Source of the DNA: Amoebidium appalachense
Taxonomy: Eukaryota; Protista; Ichthyosporea
Assembly: GCA_963693365.1 (NCBI GenBank)
Contig: CAVNZM010000087.1
Coordinates: 1 to 10,902 of the forward strand
Length of the DNA: 10,902 nucleotides
Direction: 5' to 3'
Part shown: positions 1-7,497 of the stretch, one piece after another
Numbering within the stretch: position 1 is the first letter of the stretch
How the letters are laid out: each line of letters starts with the position of its first letter
Notes under the pieces: model-generated
Told to the model about the DNA's origin: nothing
Seen by the model: only the letters and a program-made list of their open reading frames with translations
Databases searched by the model: none
Made by a program: the position numbers and the translations under genes

Positions 1-567
1 CCGTCTGTTCGCGACTCCACCTATTCTTTTTTGACTACGGACAACTCTAAAACCAGGCAATGAAAACTGAGTCATGTTTGAAGAACAACACCACTGGCAT
101 ACCCATGATCCCGTGGCATAGCAATAGCAAATCATCGCATATCTAATAAAGCTCTGCCTTATGGTTGGGTTGCAATCACCGTGCTTTGTGCCTTCCCGCC
201 AAAATGGTGCCTCTAGCCAATCGCAATCCACTGAGTAACATTAGCATGATCTAAAGGATTTTAGCGGTTTAGCAACAAAATGCTGCCGTCTGATTGGATC
301 GGAGGCCAATTATGATTTTGACTTATTTTCCGTCTTAAGCACACACAAGTTCGTGCTCACCAACTAAAGCATCCCACCATGCCTTTTCTGAGAAAAAATT
401 TTCATTTTTGTCGGCCCCATCCCATCCCCCCTCCCCCCTTCCGCCCCCCAACATCCACACCCGGCTCTCTCCCCCATATCCGTCCTTCCCCCCTCCTCCC
501 GCCCCTCGCCTACATTTCCTGTCCGCTACACAGGCATTTTACCTTGCATACACCTTTTCTCACCATT

Positions 568-718
568 CCAGTCTAGTTATTTCATCTCGCCCCCTCCCCT
601 CTCTTCTTCTTTACTAAGCTTGTGTCACTATATAAGATGAGATTTCCAATCCTAAATCCAGAAGATGTCAATAATCCAGATCGGGGTCAAATTTCCAAAA
701 ATCGTCAATTTTGGAAAT
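568..718. repeat. Left arm of imperfect terminal inverted repeat
   Basis: 568-597 (CCAGTCTAGTTATTTCATCTCGCCCCCTCC) is the exact reverse complement of 10593-10622. Further shared blocks TGTCAC(T/G)ATATAAGATG and TCCTAAATCCAGAA(G/A)ATG extend to 667, with weaker similarity to ~718. A perfect 12-bp hairpin lies at 689-700/709-720. Confidence 0.9.
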
Positions 719-790
719 TTACAGATCATAATTTGGGACTTATAAAAATCTTAAATGTAAAGAAAGAAAAGTACTAGGTTACTAATACCA

Positions 791-867
791 TAGGAGTATA
801 ATTGAATGGTACCATTCTATGTAAAGAGTATAATTAAATCATTCAAGGTTATAATAGGAGTATAATT
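791..867 (+). repeat. Three GAGTATAATT motifs at exact 32-nt spacing
   Basis: Copies start at 794, 826 and 858, with the palindrome AATGGTACCATT between the first two. Confidence 0.75.
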
Positions 868-884
868 TAAGGGTATCTTTCAAT

Positions 885-1635
885 GTTAGAAGTAAAAAGG
901 TTAACAGTGGAAGAATGTTGAGCAATAGGAGAAAGTTGAGTAGTAGAAAAATGTTTAGCAGAATATAAATGTTGATCAGTAGAATGAGAGTTAGAAATAG
1001 AAGTAAAATAAAGTTTAGCAGTAGAAAAATATTGAGCAGTAGAAGAATATTTAGCAGTAGAAAGATATTTAGGAGTAGAAAATGTTGAGAAGGGGATTGA
1101 ACAGTAGAAGAATGTTTAGTAGTAAAGGAATGTTTAGCAGTGGGTTGAGCCGTTGATTGAATAGTAGAAGAATGTTTAGCAGTAGATTGAGTAGTAGAAG
1201 AATGTTTAGCAGTAGATTGGGTAGTAGAAGTAAGTTTAGCAGTGTATTGAGTAGTAGATTGAACAGTAGAAGAATGTTTAGCAGTAGATTGAGTAGTAGA
1301 AGAATGTTTAATAGTAGATTTAGTAGTAGAAGGAAGTTTAGCACAGGATTGAACTGTAGAAGATGTTTATTAATAGAAAGAATGTTTAACAGTGGATTGA
1401 GCAGTAGATTGAACAGTAGAAGAATGTTTAACAGTAGAAGATGTCTATTAATAGAATTAAGGTTAATAGTAAAAGGATGTTGAGCCGTAGAAAAAATAGT
1501 GATTTACTATTTTTAACTTTAGAATGTTAGCAGTGGAAAGGTATTTAGCAGTGAATGAGAGTTAAGTAATAGAATAAAGGTTAACAGTGGAAGAATGTTA
1601 AGCAGTGGATTGACCAGTAGAAGGAGGTTGAACAG
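885..1635 (+). repeat. Purine-rich degenerate tandem array (AGTAGAAGAATGTTTAGC / AGTAGATTGAGT units)
   Basis: 18-nt and 12-nt units often alternate to give a 30-nt period. A 24-nt direct repeat, AAAGGTTAACAGTGGAAGAATGTT, lies near both array ends (~896 and ~1576). Confidence 0.9.
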
Positions 1636-1659
1636 TATACTATAAGTGGTTTAGGCAGT

Positions 1660-1877
1660 CCTTAAATTCCACTCTATGCTGGAAACACCTAAAGCCTTAG
1701 GTACTCTTAGATAATGTAAGAGTAACAATCTTAAGGATAGCGAATTGCAATGGTCAACCAGCAGGAAACTAAAGTAGAGGAAACATTTATTAGTAGGATC
1801 CTCAGAAACTACATGTGGAACAAAGCTTATTACATGTTTTGATGATATAATCCAACTGCATACAATATTGTATGCTG
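1660..1877 (+). ncRNA. Group I intron core, subgroup IB-like, ORF-less, probably inactive
   Basis: P3 TTCCAC(1667)/GTGGAA(1815); P4 TGCTGG/CCAGCA; GTAGGATCCTCAGAAACTAC (R); GATATAATCC (S); P9 palindrome 1858-1875. Both P7 strands carry G-to-A changes relative to consensus GACTA/TAGTC. Confidence 0.85.
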
Positions 1878-1884
1878 CTATCCA

Positions 1885-2335
1885 CCCTTATCAGGGTTAG
1901 AAGCCCATTTGGACGTTCACTTGATTTAGCTATCTAAAAGTCAGTTGATTTTAAGTCTGATACGTTAAGATCGGACAATAAGATTTGTGACACTGTCTTG
2001 CTTAAAGTCCTATGTTTTCGGTGTTCGGATAGGCTGCACAAGGTGTAACTTTGTCATTATAACGACGAGGTACCAAATATCCAAGTGCAACAGCTTCGAA
2101 TAGGAAAGCGGAAGCTGTATTCGAGGAATAAACTATAATGACAAGAGAATACCCATGGCAATTAAAGTATTCCTACTCTAATGACTATCGGTTCGTATTT
2201 AGGAAATAATTCTAGTATATAGACTGTACTTAATCGGATACTAGTGGACAGATGTTAATGCGTCAAGGCGTATATGGGATGTTCTCACAAGAACTGGGCC
2301 CAAATGACACCGTCTTTTAAAGATAAAGTCATCTA
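1885..2335 (+). pseudogene. rnl: Degenerate mitochondrial LSU rRNA fragment (domain III to start of IV), copy A
   Basis: CTGTACTTAATCGGATACTAGTGG...CAAGGCG...AAGAACTGGGCCCAAATGACACCGT follows the LSU consensus CCGTACC-AAACCGACAC-GGTGG...AAGGCG...AAGGAACTCGGCAAAATG-CCGTAAC. It is a diverged duplicate of 6601-6893. Confidence 0.7.
2048..2086 (+). mobile_element. 39-nt hairpin insertion element, family 1 (ACTTT...GTACCAAA...AAGT)
   Basis: Absent from the paralogous site at ~6757-6761 and flanked by AGGTG/AAGTG. Other copies lie at 4323, 4790 and 5767. Confidence 0.8.
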
Positions 2336-2344
2336 GCTACAAGA

Positions 2345-2872
2345 AGTCTACACAAGCAATACAGTCCAATTCGGTTACCCAAGCGTTTATGGGTATACTA
2401 ATTCATACGACTACAATCGTTAGAAATTAGTCGGAGCTATGAATGATGTAAGAGTACTAGGATTAATAAAAGTGAACTATACGATGAGGCATACCTAAAT
2501 AGGCTTATACACACATCCCTGGTGTAAGTTAGACGTCAATTACTTAGTATGTATATTATGAAACCTAAGGTACTTGTAAATTTTGTACCACTTGAACAGT
2601 GTAAACTTGTTATTTGTTTAAGTAAGAATTTTGGTGAGCCTCATTGATCCTGGTATACAGAGGCGCGAGTGTAAATTAGCTTATTGTCAAAAAGGTAGAA
2701 ACAAGGTTTTAAAGCGAATACTCTTCTGTAATAGAGTAGATAGTAGTTAGGCTACTAAGTGAAAGCTTGCTGATTTAAACTAGGGGGGATTTGACGTTCG
2801 TTAAGACCTAATGATACGCGTCTTACTCCTGAGGATACAAAAGAGCTTTGTGATTTAGGACATCACTCGCGT
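2345..2872 (+). pseudogene. Group II intron remnant (domains I-IV, domain V lost)
   Basis: 2502-2790 aligns with 4571-4850, which leads into a domain V. It has an Id3-like hairpin with loop ATCCCT (2515-2520) and breaks off at CGCGTG, where GCGTGAGCCG (DV) begins in the paralogs. Confidence 0.65.
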
Positions 2873-2877
2873 GCCTA

Positions 2878-3245
2878 CAACTATCAGATTTCAGAGGCCT
2901 CCTAAAGCTTTTGGTACCAAACTTTAGCCGAAAGGCCAAATGTGGATGATCTAATCAATCATGTATGGTAATAAGTTAAAGATGATCGAAAGAGAAATGG
3001 AATATAGCGGATCTAAGTCGATATTGAAAAATTTTACTATTTCGAGGTAGGATGGTTAAAGTAATCTTAACTCTACAAGTACTCCATGAGCTTTCTCATT
3101 AGTAGAAAGAACCAATAACTCTTGTTTAGTGATAATTTTATAGTAAGAACATACTACTCTTAACTAGAAAGTTTTTAGGGGGGGGGCTCTAAAATACTGT
3201 AAAATAGCGACGAGTAGACAGTAGTTGATAAGGGATCTCTTTATC
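2878..3245 (+). pseudogene. Group I intron core, subgroup IC2-like, truncated before the S element
   Basis: Motifs typical of fungal mitochondrial IC2 introns occur in order: CCTAAAGC-TTGGTACCAAAC, GGTAATAAGTTAAAGATGATCGAAAGAGAAATGG, GCGGATCTAAGTC, GTAAAATAGCGACGAGTAGACAGTAGTTG, then P8 GATAAGGGATCTCTTTATC. The expected AAGGTGTACTC is missing. Confidence 0.8.
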
Positions 3246-3246
3246 T

Positions 3247-3325
3247 CATAATTGGAGACTTGCATGATGACGAAACGATGCTTTTCCAATCTTTGAATAC
3301 AAATTCCTGAACTGAATTAAGTCTT
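3247..3325 (+). pseudogene. rnl: Degenerate rnl fragment (E. coli ~1950-2030 region), copy A
   Basis: TAATTGGAGACTTGCATGATGACGAAACGATG...TGAACTGAATTAA is a diverged duplicate of 7389-7462. Confidence 0.7.
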
Positions 3326-3355
3326 ATCAAAGAATTCGTTTACTGGCTTATTACT

Positions 3356-3393
3356 AAGAGAATAGTCTTATGCTCTTTTCCTGAGACGGCAAG
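3356..3393 (+). mobile_element. Double-hairpin element, family 4 (AAGAGAATAGTCTTATGCTCTT + second hairpin ending CAAG)
   Basis: Other copies lie at 5611-5648 and 8003-8043. The 8003 copy is absent from the paralogous site at ~4252-4265. Confidence 0.75.
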
Positions 3394-3431
3394 TAAGATC
3401 TAGAGTAAGTACAAGGTCAGAGATAAGTTAC

Positions 3432-3574
3432 GGGCATGTAGCTTGGTTAGTATAGCATCTGTTTTGCGTGCAAAAGGTCATAGGTTGGAGTACCGCGAAA
3501 GTTCCGTAGGCTTCCGTAGGTACCAAGTTAGTGCTATTAAAGTGATAGTAGCTTTTCAAGTCCTATTGTGTCCA
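3432..3574 (+). pseudogene. trnA: tRNA-Ala(UGC) interrupted in the T loop by ~70 nt of hairpin elements
   Basis: Acceptor GGGCATG/TGTGTCC, anticodon loop TTTGCGT, ATAGGTT[3487-3556]CAAGTCCTAT. Removing the insert restores a cloverleaf with some mismatches. Confidence 0.8.
3485..3529 (+). mobile_element. 45-nt element, family 2 (TTGGAGYACCGCGAAAGTTCCGTAGGCTTCCGTAGGTACCAAGTT)
   Basis: Near-identical copies at 5485-5529 and 5987-6031, each starting at the TT of a tRNA T loop. Confidence 0.85.
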
Positions 3575-3591
3575 GCTGTAGAGGAATAACA

Positions 3592-3674
3592 AAAAAGAGG
3601 CAATCTGAAAGCTAGTCTTCTTGAAAATGGTTATTCTGTTGTGAAATAGTAGGTTCTGATCCGGCCTTTTTTGA
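3592..3674 (+). pseudogene. Possible tRNA-Ser(UGA) remnant
   Basis: CTTGAAA loop, a long variable-arm-like stretch, AGGTTCTGATCC and an A-rich/T-rich acceptor. The D arm is not recognisable. Confidence 0.3.
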
Positions 3675-3687
3675 TTTATTAGAAGAC

Positions 3688-3760
3688 CAGAGAATAGTTC
3701 AATTAATAGGCCACTCGTTTGGGGAACGGGATATTATAGGTTCAAATCCTGCATTAACTT
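3688..3760 (+). pseudogene. trnP: tRNA-Pro remnant
   Basis: CAGAGAATAGTTCAATT, anticodon arm CTCGT-TTGGGGA-ACGGG, T arm TAGGTTCAAATCCTG. The 3' acceptor strand does not pair. Confidence 0.65.
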
Positions 3761-3892
3761 ATAAAGATAGGATGACTTTGACAACCCTAGCTTGTTAGAA
3801 AGGGAGTGGTGCTTGGTGGTAGGGCATTGTTAAACCTACAAAGTCTAAGTATGTAATGTGGAGTTAGTTTTTACCGAGGAGTCTGTCCCTTC

Positions 3893-3959
3893 GAGTTCGT
3901 ACTAGAATCCCAGTAGGATTACCGCTTGTTGAATACTTGCGTTAAAGTAGTATGAACTT
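3893..3959 (+). mobile_element. ~67-nt stem-loop element, family 5
   Basis: The copy at 7588-7654 has a perfect 12-bp terminal inverted repeat, GAGTTCCTACTA/TAGTAGGAACTC. A partial copy lies at 5557-5610 and an inverted partial copy at 5811-5843. Confidence 0.7.
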
Positions 3960-4322
3960 GCCGAGTTTTGAACCGTATCCATAAGGATTGTGTATAAAGT
4001 CTGCTTTAAAATTAAATTCCTATGGGCAATAAAAAGAAATTTACGGTTGAAGCGATTAGATTTTTAAAAATTTGAGTATTCTCATTCATAGTCTAATAGA
4101 TTAAAAATTAGATGTATAGTAGGACCCTAAGTAAATCGTTATGTGCATAGATATATATAAACAGAGTAAGTTTCATTGGTTTTGGAAATAGAGACGTTAT
4201 TGGAACGTATCTCAAGGAGATAGAAAAGGTTTAAAAACAAGAGTCTCTTCTGAGCCACCGCTCGTGGGAACTCGCAATGTTCTTCTGTAATGGAGGAGAT
4301 AGTAGTTATACTAAGAAGTGAA

Positions 4323-4361
4323 ACTTTATCATTGTAATGACTAAGTACCAAAGGTTAAAGT
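4323..4361 (+). mobile_element. Family 1 element with apparent 8-nt target duplication
   Basis: AAGTGAAA occurs at 4316-4323 and 4358-4365. The empty site AAGTGAAAGCTTGCTG is seen at 2757. Confidence 0.8.
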
Positions 4362-4569
4362 GAAAGCTTGCTGACTTAAACTAGGTGATCGGATGTAAAT
4401 GGTGTAAGCCTCAAAGAAATATTATCTCTTATGATTGCGTGAGCCGTATACGATGAAAGTCGCTCATACCGTTCTTAGGAGTCTGTCTTTCAGAAGAACA
4501 GGACTATATGCTGGAAGTATCTAAAACCTTAATCTAGTAAAATTTTAATTAAATAAAATATAAATAGTA

Positions 4570-4981
4570 AGGCTTACATACATCCCTGATGTAAGTTAGA
4601 CGTTAATGCTTATTATACATAATATAGAATCTAAAGCGCTTATAATGTGATTATGTAGGAACATTATAAGTCTCATTGGTTCTTGAGATAAAGGCATTAT
4701 TGTGATGTATCACCAAAGAGATAGAAAAAGGGGTTTAATGCAAATATTCTTTTATTATCCTAGAGATAATAGTTATGCTACGAAGTGAAACTTTATCATT
4801 GTGACGACTAAGTACCAAATGTTAAAGTAAAAGCTTGTTGACTTAAATTAGATAATCCTACGTGAGTGATATATACTCAGGAGAGATATTATCTCTTGAT
4901 GATTGCGTGAGCCGTATGGGGTCAAAGTCGCTCATGCTGTTCTTAGGAATAGATCTTGATGGAAATCAAATAAACTCCAGT
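4570..4981 (+). ncRNA. 3' portion of a group II intron at rnl ~L2450
   Basis: DV at 4909-4942, a DVI-sized segment, then exon ACAGGCTAAT. The hairpin GCTTACAT/ATGTAAGT has loop ATCCCT (4582-4587), complementary to the expected 5' exon AGGGAT. It contains a family 1 element at 4790-4828. Confidence 0.8.
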
Positions 4982-5039
4982 ACAGGCTAATCTGAGCTAA
5001 GAGTCCATATCGCAGCTTAGGTTGAGCACCTCAAATGTC
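4982..5039 (+). pseudogene. rnl: rnl peptidyl-transferase region fragment (E. coli ~2451-2507)
   Basis: ACAGGCTAATCTGAGCTAAGAGTCCATATCG...GAGCACCTCAAATGTC versus consensus ACAGGCTGAT...AAGAGTTCATATCGAC...GGCACCTCGATGTC. Confidence 0.85.
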
Positions 5040-5232
5040 AAAGATAAAAAAAAAGCAATCTTTGAAAAGAACAGGACTATATGCTTAAAGTAGAAACAAT
5101 AAAAACAAAAGCAGTAATTTTAGTGAAGAAAGAAAATAAAGAATTAAAATAGTAGGATAGAAGAAAGGAAAGTTTTGGGAGTAGGTTTAATAAACCGAAT
5201 CTAATATAAAGTAGAGAGAACAGAAGAGTAAT

Positions 5233-5360
5233 CTTTTGGAACAACCGGACTATATGCTAAAAATATTTAAAGCCTTAAGTACTTAGTGTAAGAATATATA
5301 ACAATCTTAAGAATGTAACAATGGATAATTAGCAGAAAACCAAAGTAGATAAAATATTTC
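5233..5360 (+). pseudogene. 5' half of a group IB intron core (P3-P6)
   Basis: GGACTATATGCT...TAAAGCCTTAAGTACT...ACAATCTTAAG...CAATGGATAATTAGCAGAAAACCAAAGTAG parallels 1670-1778. Shorter starts of the same motif (ACAGGACTATATGCT) occur at ~4498 and ~5071. Confidence 0.7.
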
Positions 5361-5399
5361 TGATTACTTTAATGATCCTAATTTATAGGAAAATATATG

Positions 5400-5686
5400 G
5401 CTAGTGTAGCTTAATGGTGAAGCATCTGTCTTGTAAAGTTCTCCCTACTCCTACAGGGTAAATTTGTAAACAGAAGAAGGTGAGTTGGAGCACTGCGAAA
5501 GTTCCGTAGGCTTCCGTAGGTACCAAGTTAGGATTGTTAAAGTAAATCTAACTTGAAAGTTCGTACTAGAGTCTCAGAAAAGTCACCGCTCGTTGAGTAC
5601 TCTGTCGTTAAAACAAATAGTCTTATGCTCTTGCCATGAGACGGCAAGTTAAAGTCGTAAAAACTTTTCAAGTCCTACGACTAGCT
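5400..5686 (+). pseudogene. trnT: tRNA-Thr(UGU) split by insertions in the anticodon arm and T loop
   Basis: GCTAGTG TA GCTT AATGGTG AAGC A TCTGT CTTGTAA A[ins]CAGA AGAAG GTGAG TT[~180 nt]CAAGT CCTAC GACTAGC T. TTGTAAA is duplicated at 5431-5437 and 5464-5470. Confidence 0.8.
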
Positions 5687-5690
5687 TTCG

Positions 5691-5916
5691 AGGTATTGAT
5701 CTCAATGGGTAGAGCATTTGAGACGTTCAAAGTTTTCGTAGACCACGGCTGAAAGTCCTAAGTGCGACTTTGTCATTGTGACGACTAGGTACCAAATGTC
5801 AAAGTGTGAGACTCGACGAGCGGTGGCTTTATTGAGACTCTAGGATGAAAACAGAGTTTCCACGGCAGGACCACTTTTTATGTTAATTGTTGTAGATTCA
5901 AGTCCTTCAATATCTA
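5691..5916 (+). pseudogene. tRNA of uncertain identity with ~150 nt of hairpin elements in the anticodon arm
   Basis: Acceptor AGGTATT/AATATCT, D arm CTCAATGGGTAGAG, T loop TTCAAGT. The interior holds family 1 (5767-5805) and inverted family 5 (5811-5843) elements. Confidence 0.6.
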
Positions 5917-5934
5917 TAACTCTGTATGTTAATA

Positions 5935-6042
5935 AGATATTTAGCTCAATTGGTAGAACATATTCCTCATAAAATACAGCCGAAGGTTGGAGCACCGCGA
6001 AAGTTCCGTCGATTTCCGTAGGTACCAAGTTTTTAATACCTA
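5935..6042 (+). pseudogene. tRNA with CAU anticodon (Met or Ile) interrupted in the T loop
   Basis: AGATATT TA GCTC AATTGGTA GAAC A TATTC CTCATAA AATA...GAAGGTT[family 2]...AATACCT A. The 3' half of the T arm is deleted. Confidence 0.7.
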
Positions 6043-6054
6043 ATTGGTTACTTT

Positions 6055-6127
6055 AAGAATATAGTTCAATAGGATAGAGCAGTACACTTTTAATGTATTG
6101 ATTATTGATTCAAGTACTACCATCAAC
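6055..6127 (+). pseudogene. trnK: tRNA-Lys(UUU) remnant
   Basis: D arm GTTC/GAGC, anticodon arm GTACA-CTTTTAA-TGTAT, TTCAAGT loop. The T and acceptor stems pair poorly. Confidence 0.6.
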
Positions 6128-6349
6128 TAATTGGAGAGCTTGATTAAGAGATCTTTATGTCGAGATGAATAAACGGGTTGTATTAAGGGTGAAATGCCAA
6201 ATAATCTTATAAATTTAAGTCTCCAATGAAATTGTTACGGGTTCAAATTCGGATTGTTAAAGTAATTCTAATTTGTCAAGTTCTACCATTTTTCAATAAA
6301 GAACTCATTCGTATTGTTAAAGTAATAATAACTTTCAAGTTTCCTCCGA

Positions 6350-6600
6350 GGTATATCCCCATTAATCTTAATCCTTCATATCTCAGTAGTCATCCTACTT
6401 CAGCTATCATTCTACCTCATCAATTTTAATTCCTCATATCTCCGTAATTATCCTATTGTATCAAACATTACCTCTCCTTAATTATCCATCCTCATTAATC
6501 TTTCATTAATCTTTCATTATTCATCATATCTTATCCATCCATCCACCCTCATTAATCTTTCATTATTCATCCTACCTCAGCTATCCTTTTATCCATATCT
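6350..6600. repeat. Pyrimidine-rich low-complexity array (CATCCTACYTCAGCTATC, CATTAATCTTT units)
   Basis: Very G-poor + strand with recurring TCATTAATCTT, TTATCCATC and CATCCTAC motifs. Confidence 0.8.
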
Positions 6601-7040
6601 CCCTTATCCGGGTTAGAAGCCCATTTGGAGGTTCAGTTGATTTAGCTATCTAAAAGTTAGTGGATTGGAAGTCCGATACGTTAAGATTAGATGAAAGATC
6701 TGTGTCACTGACTCGCCGAAAGTCCTAGGTTTTCTGCGTCCAGATAGACTGCGCAGAGTGCTACAGCTCCTAAAAGAATAGGTTAATAACTTATTAGTAT
6801 GAGATTTATTGGACAGACGTTAATGCGTCAAGGCGTGGATGGAATGTTCTCACAGGAACTCGACACAAATAATCCCGTAACTTCGGGATAAGGTATGTAC
6901 TACTTGAGAAAGTAGTATCACTATAGGCATTCTAAATTGGGTGAGATACCGTTCGATTGAAAATCCTTTATCTCAAAAGAGATATGTACTGCTTGAGAAA
7001 GTAGTATCGCAGAGAATGGCAGAATACGCTTTACACAAAA
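6601..7040 (+). pseudogene. rnl: rnl fragment (domain III-IV), copy B
   Basis: AGGAACTCGACACAAATAATCCCGTAACTTCGGGATAAGG followed by TCGCAGAGAATGG. It is interrupted by a 28-nt direct repeat (6894-6921/6983-7010) enclosing 61 nt. Confidence 0.8.
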
Positions 7041-7262
7041 GTCCTCTTAAAGATTCGCTATATACGGGAACCTTCTTCGCACCCACGGGACTAGACAGGG
7101 ATTTTCTTTGGTCACTAAAATAACGTTGGGAGTAGAAAATCCGCAGGAAACTAAATGTAGATAAATTATCTATTAGTAGGATCCTCAGAGACTACATGCG
7201 AAACTATTTGTTATATGTGCAGATTGGAAATATAGTCCGCGCTTAAGTGTGAGCTTAAGCTG
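7041..7262 (+). ncRNA. Group IB-like intron core with intact P3 and P7
   Basis: P3 TTCGC/GCGAA; AATCCGCAGGAAAC; GTAGGATCCTCAGAGACTAC (R); ATATAGTCC (S); P9 GCTTAAG-TGTGAG-CTTAAGC at 7241-7260. Confidence 0.88.
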
Positions 7263-7386
7263 TTTCTTATCTTTGAAAGATTCGGGTTTCACCCATGAAA
7301 CCTCAATGAGAAAACAGATCTACCATTCCTCAATCAAGAACTCGTCATATTAGTGAACTAAGCTAATACGAAACACAAAGGTATCT

Positions 7387-7497
7387 TGTAATTGGAGACC
7401 TGCATGATGGCATAACGATGCTTTGACTGTCCTTGAGAACAAATCCATGAAATTGAATTAACCGTGCAGATGCGGTAATATAGCTAGGTAGACGAGA
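7387..7497 (+). pseudogene. rnl: rnl fragment ending at E. coli position ~2059, copy B
   Basis: GACCTGCATGATGGCATAACGATG...GACTGTC...TGAAATTGAATTAACCGTGCAGATGCGG...TAGACGAGA matches the conserved LSU domain IV-V junction. Confidence 0.88.

Larger units (their letters stand above)
3834..4485 (+). ncRNA. Group II intron (IIB-like), ORF-less, domains I-V, degenerate
   Basis: Domain V at 4441-4474 (GAGCCGTATACGATGAAAGTCGCTCATACCGTTC) has the AGC triad and GAAA loop. A short DIV is closed by GTGATC/GATTGC. DI motifs are ACCTACAAAGTCTAAGTA and TACGGTTGAAGCG. No clear GTGCG start or DVI is seen. Paralog of 7529-8125. Confidence 0.8.

Noticed and set aside
190-310. Nuclear promoter motifs (CCAAT boxes, AAAATGG), plus GC boxes at 441-594 and a CTCF-like site near 10768-10788
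   Set aside because: Short motifs with no downstream gene, not enough to call a promoter or assign a host.
559-567. Target-site duplication around the TIRs
   Set aside because: Left flank CTCACCATT and right flank GCCCCCCGA do not match.
379-617. Pro/Ser-rich ORFs 379-576 and 408-617, and ORF 10537-10833
   Set aside because: They reflect C-rich and homopolymer sequence. The shared peptide SLVISSRPL is just the TIR.
1069-1483. ORFs 1069-1344 (-) and 1157-1483 (+)
   Set aside because: By-products of a tandem array with unit lengths divisible by three. The translations are low-complexity LLLN/SSRR with no domain.
4478-4509. Group II domain VI ending ACAGGACTATAT
   Set aside because: It can be drawn as a DVI stem, but the same motif recurs at ~5071 and ~5243 as the P3-P4 start of a group IB intron, so a fusion junction is more likely.
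6170-6295. Further tRNA (initiator Met-like) with a hairpin in its T loop
   Set aside because: A T-arm-like GGGTTCAA[insert]TCAAGT is visible, but the D, anticodon and acceptor stems could not be reconstructed.
4139-7123. Short ORFs at 4139, 5840, 6226 and 6941
   Set aside because: They overlap intron, tRNA, repeat or rRNA-derived sequence and show no recognisable protein motif.
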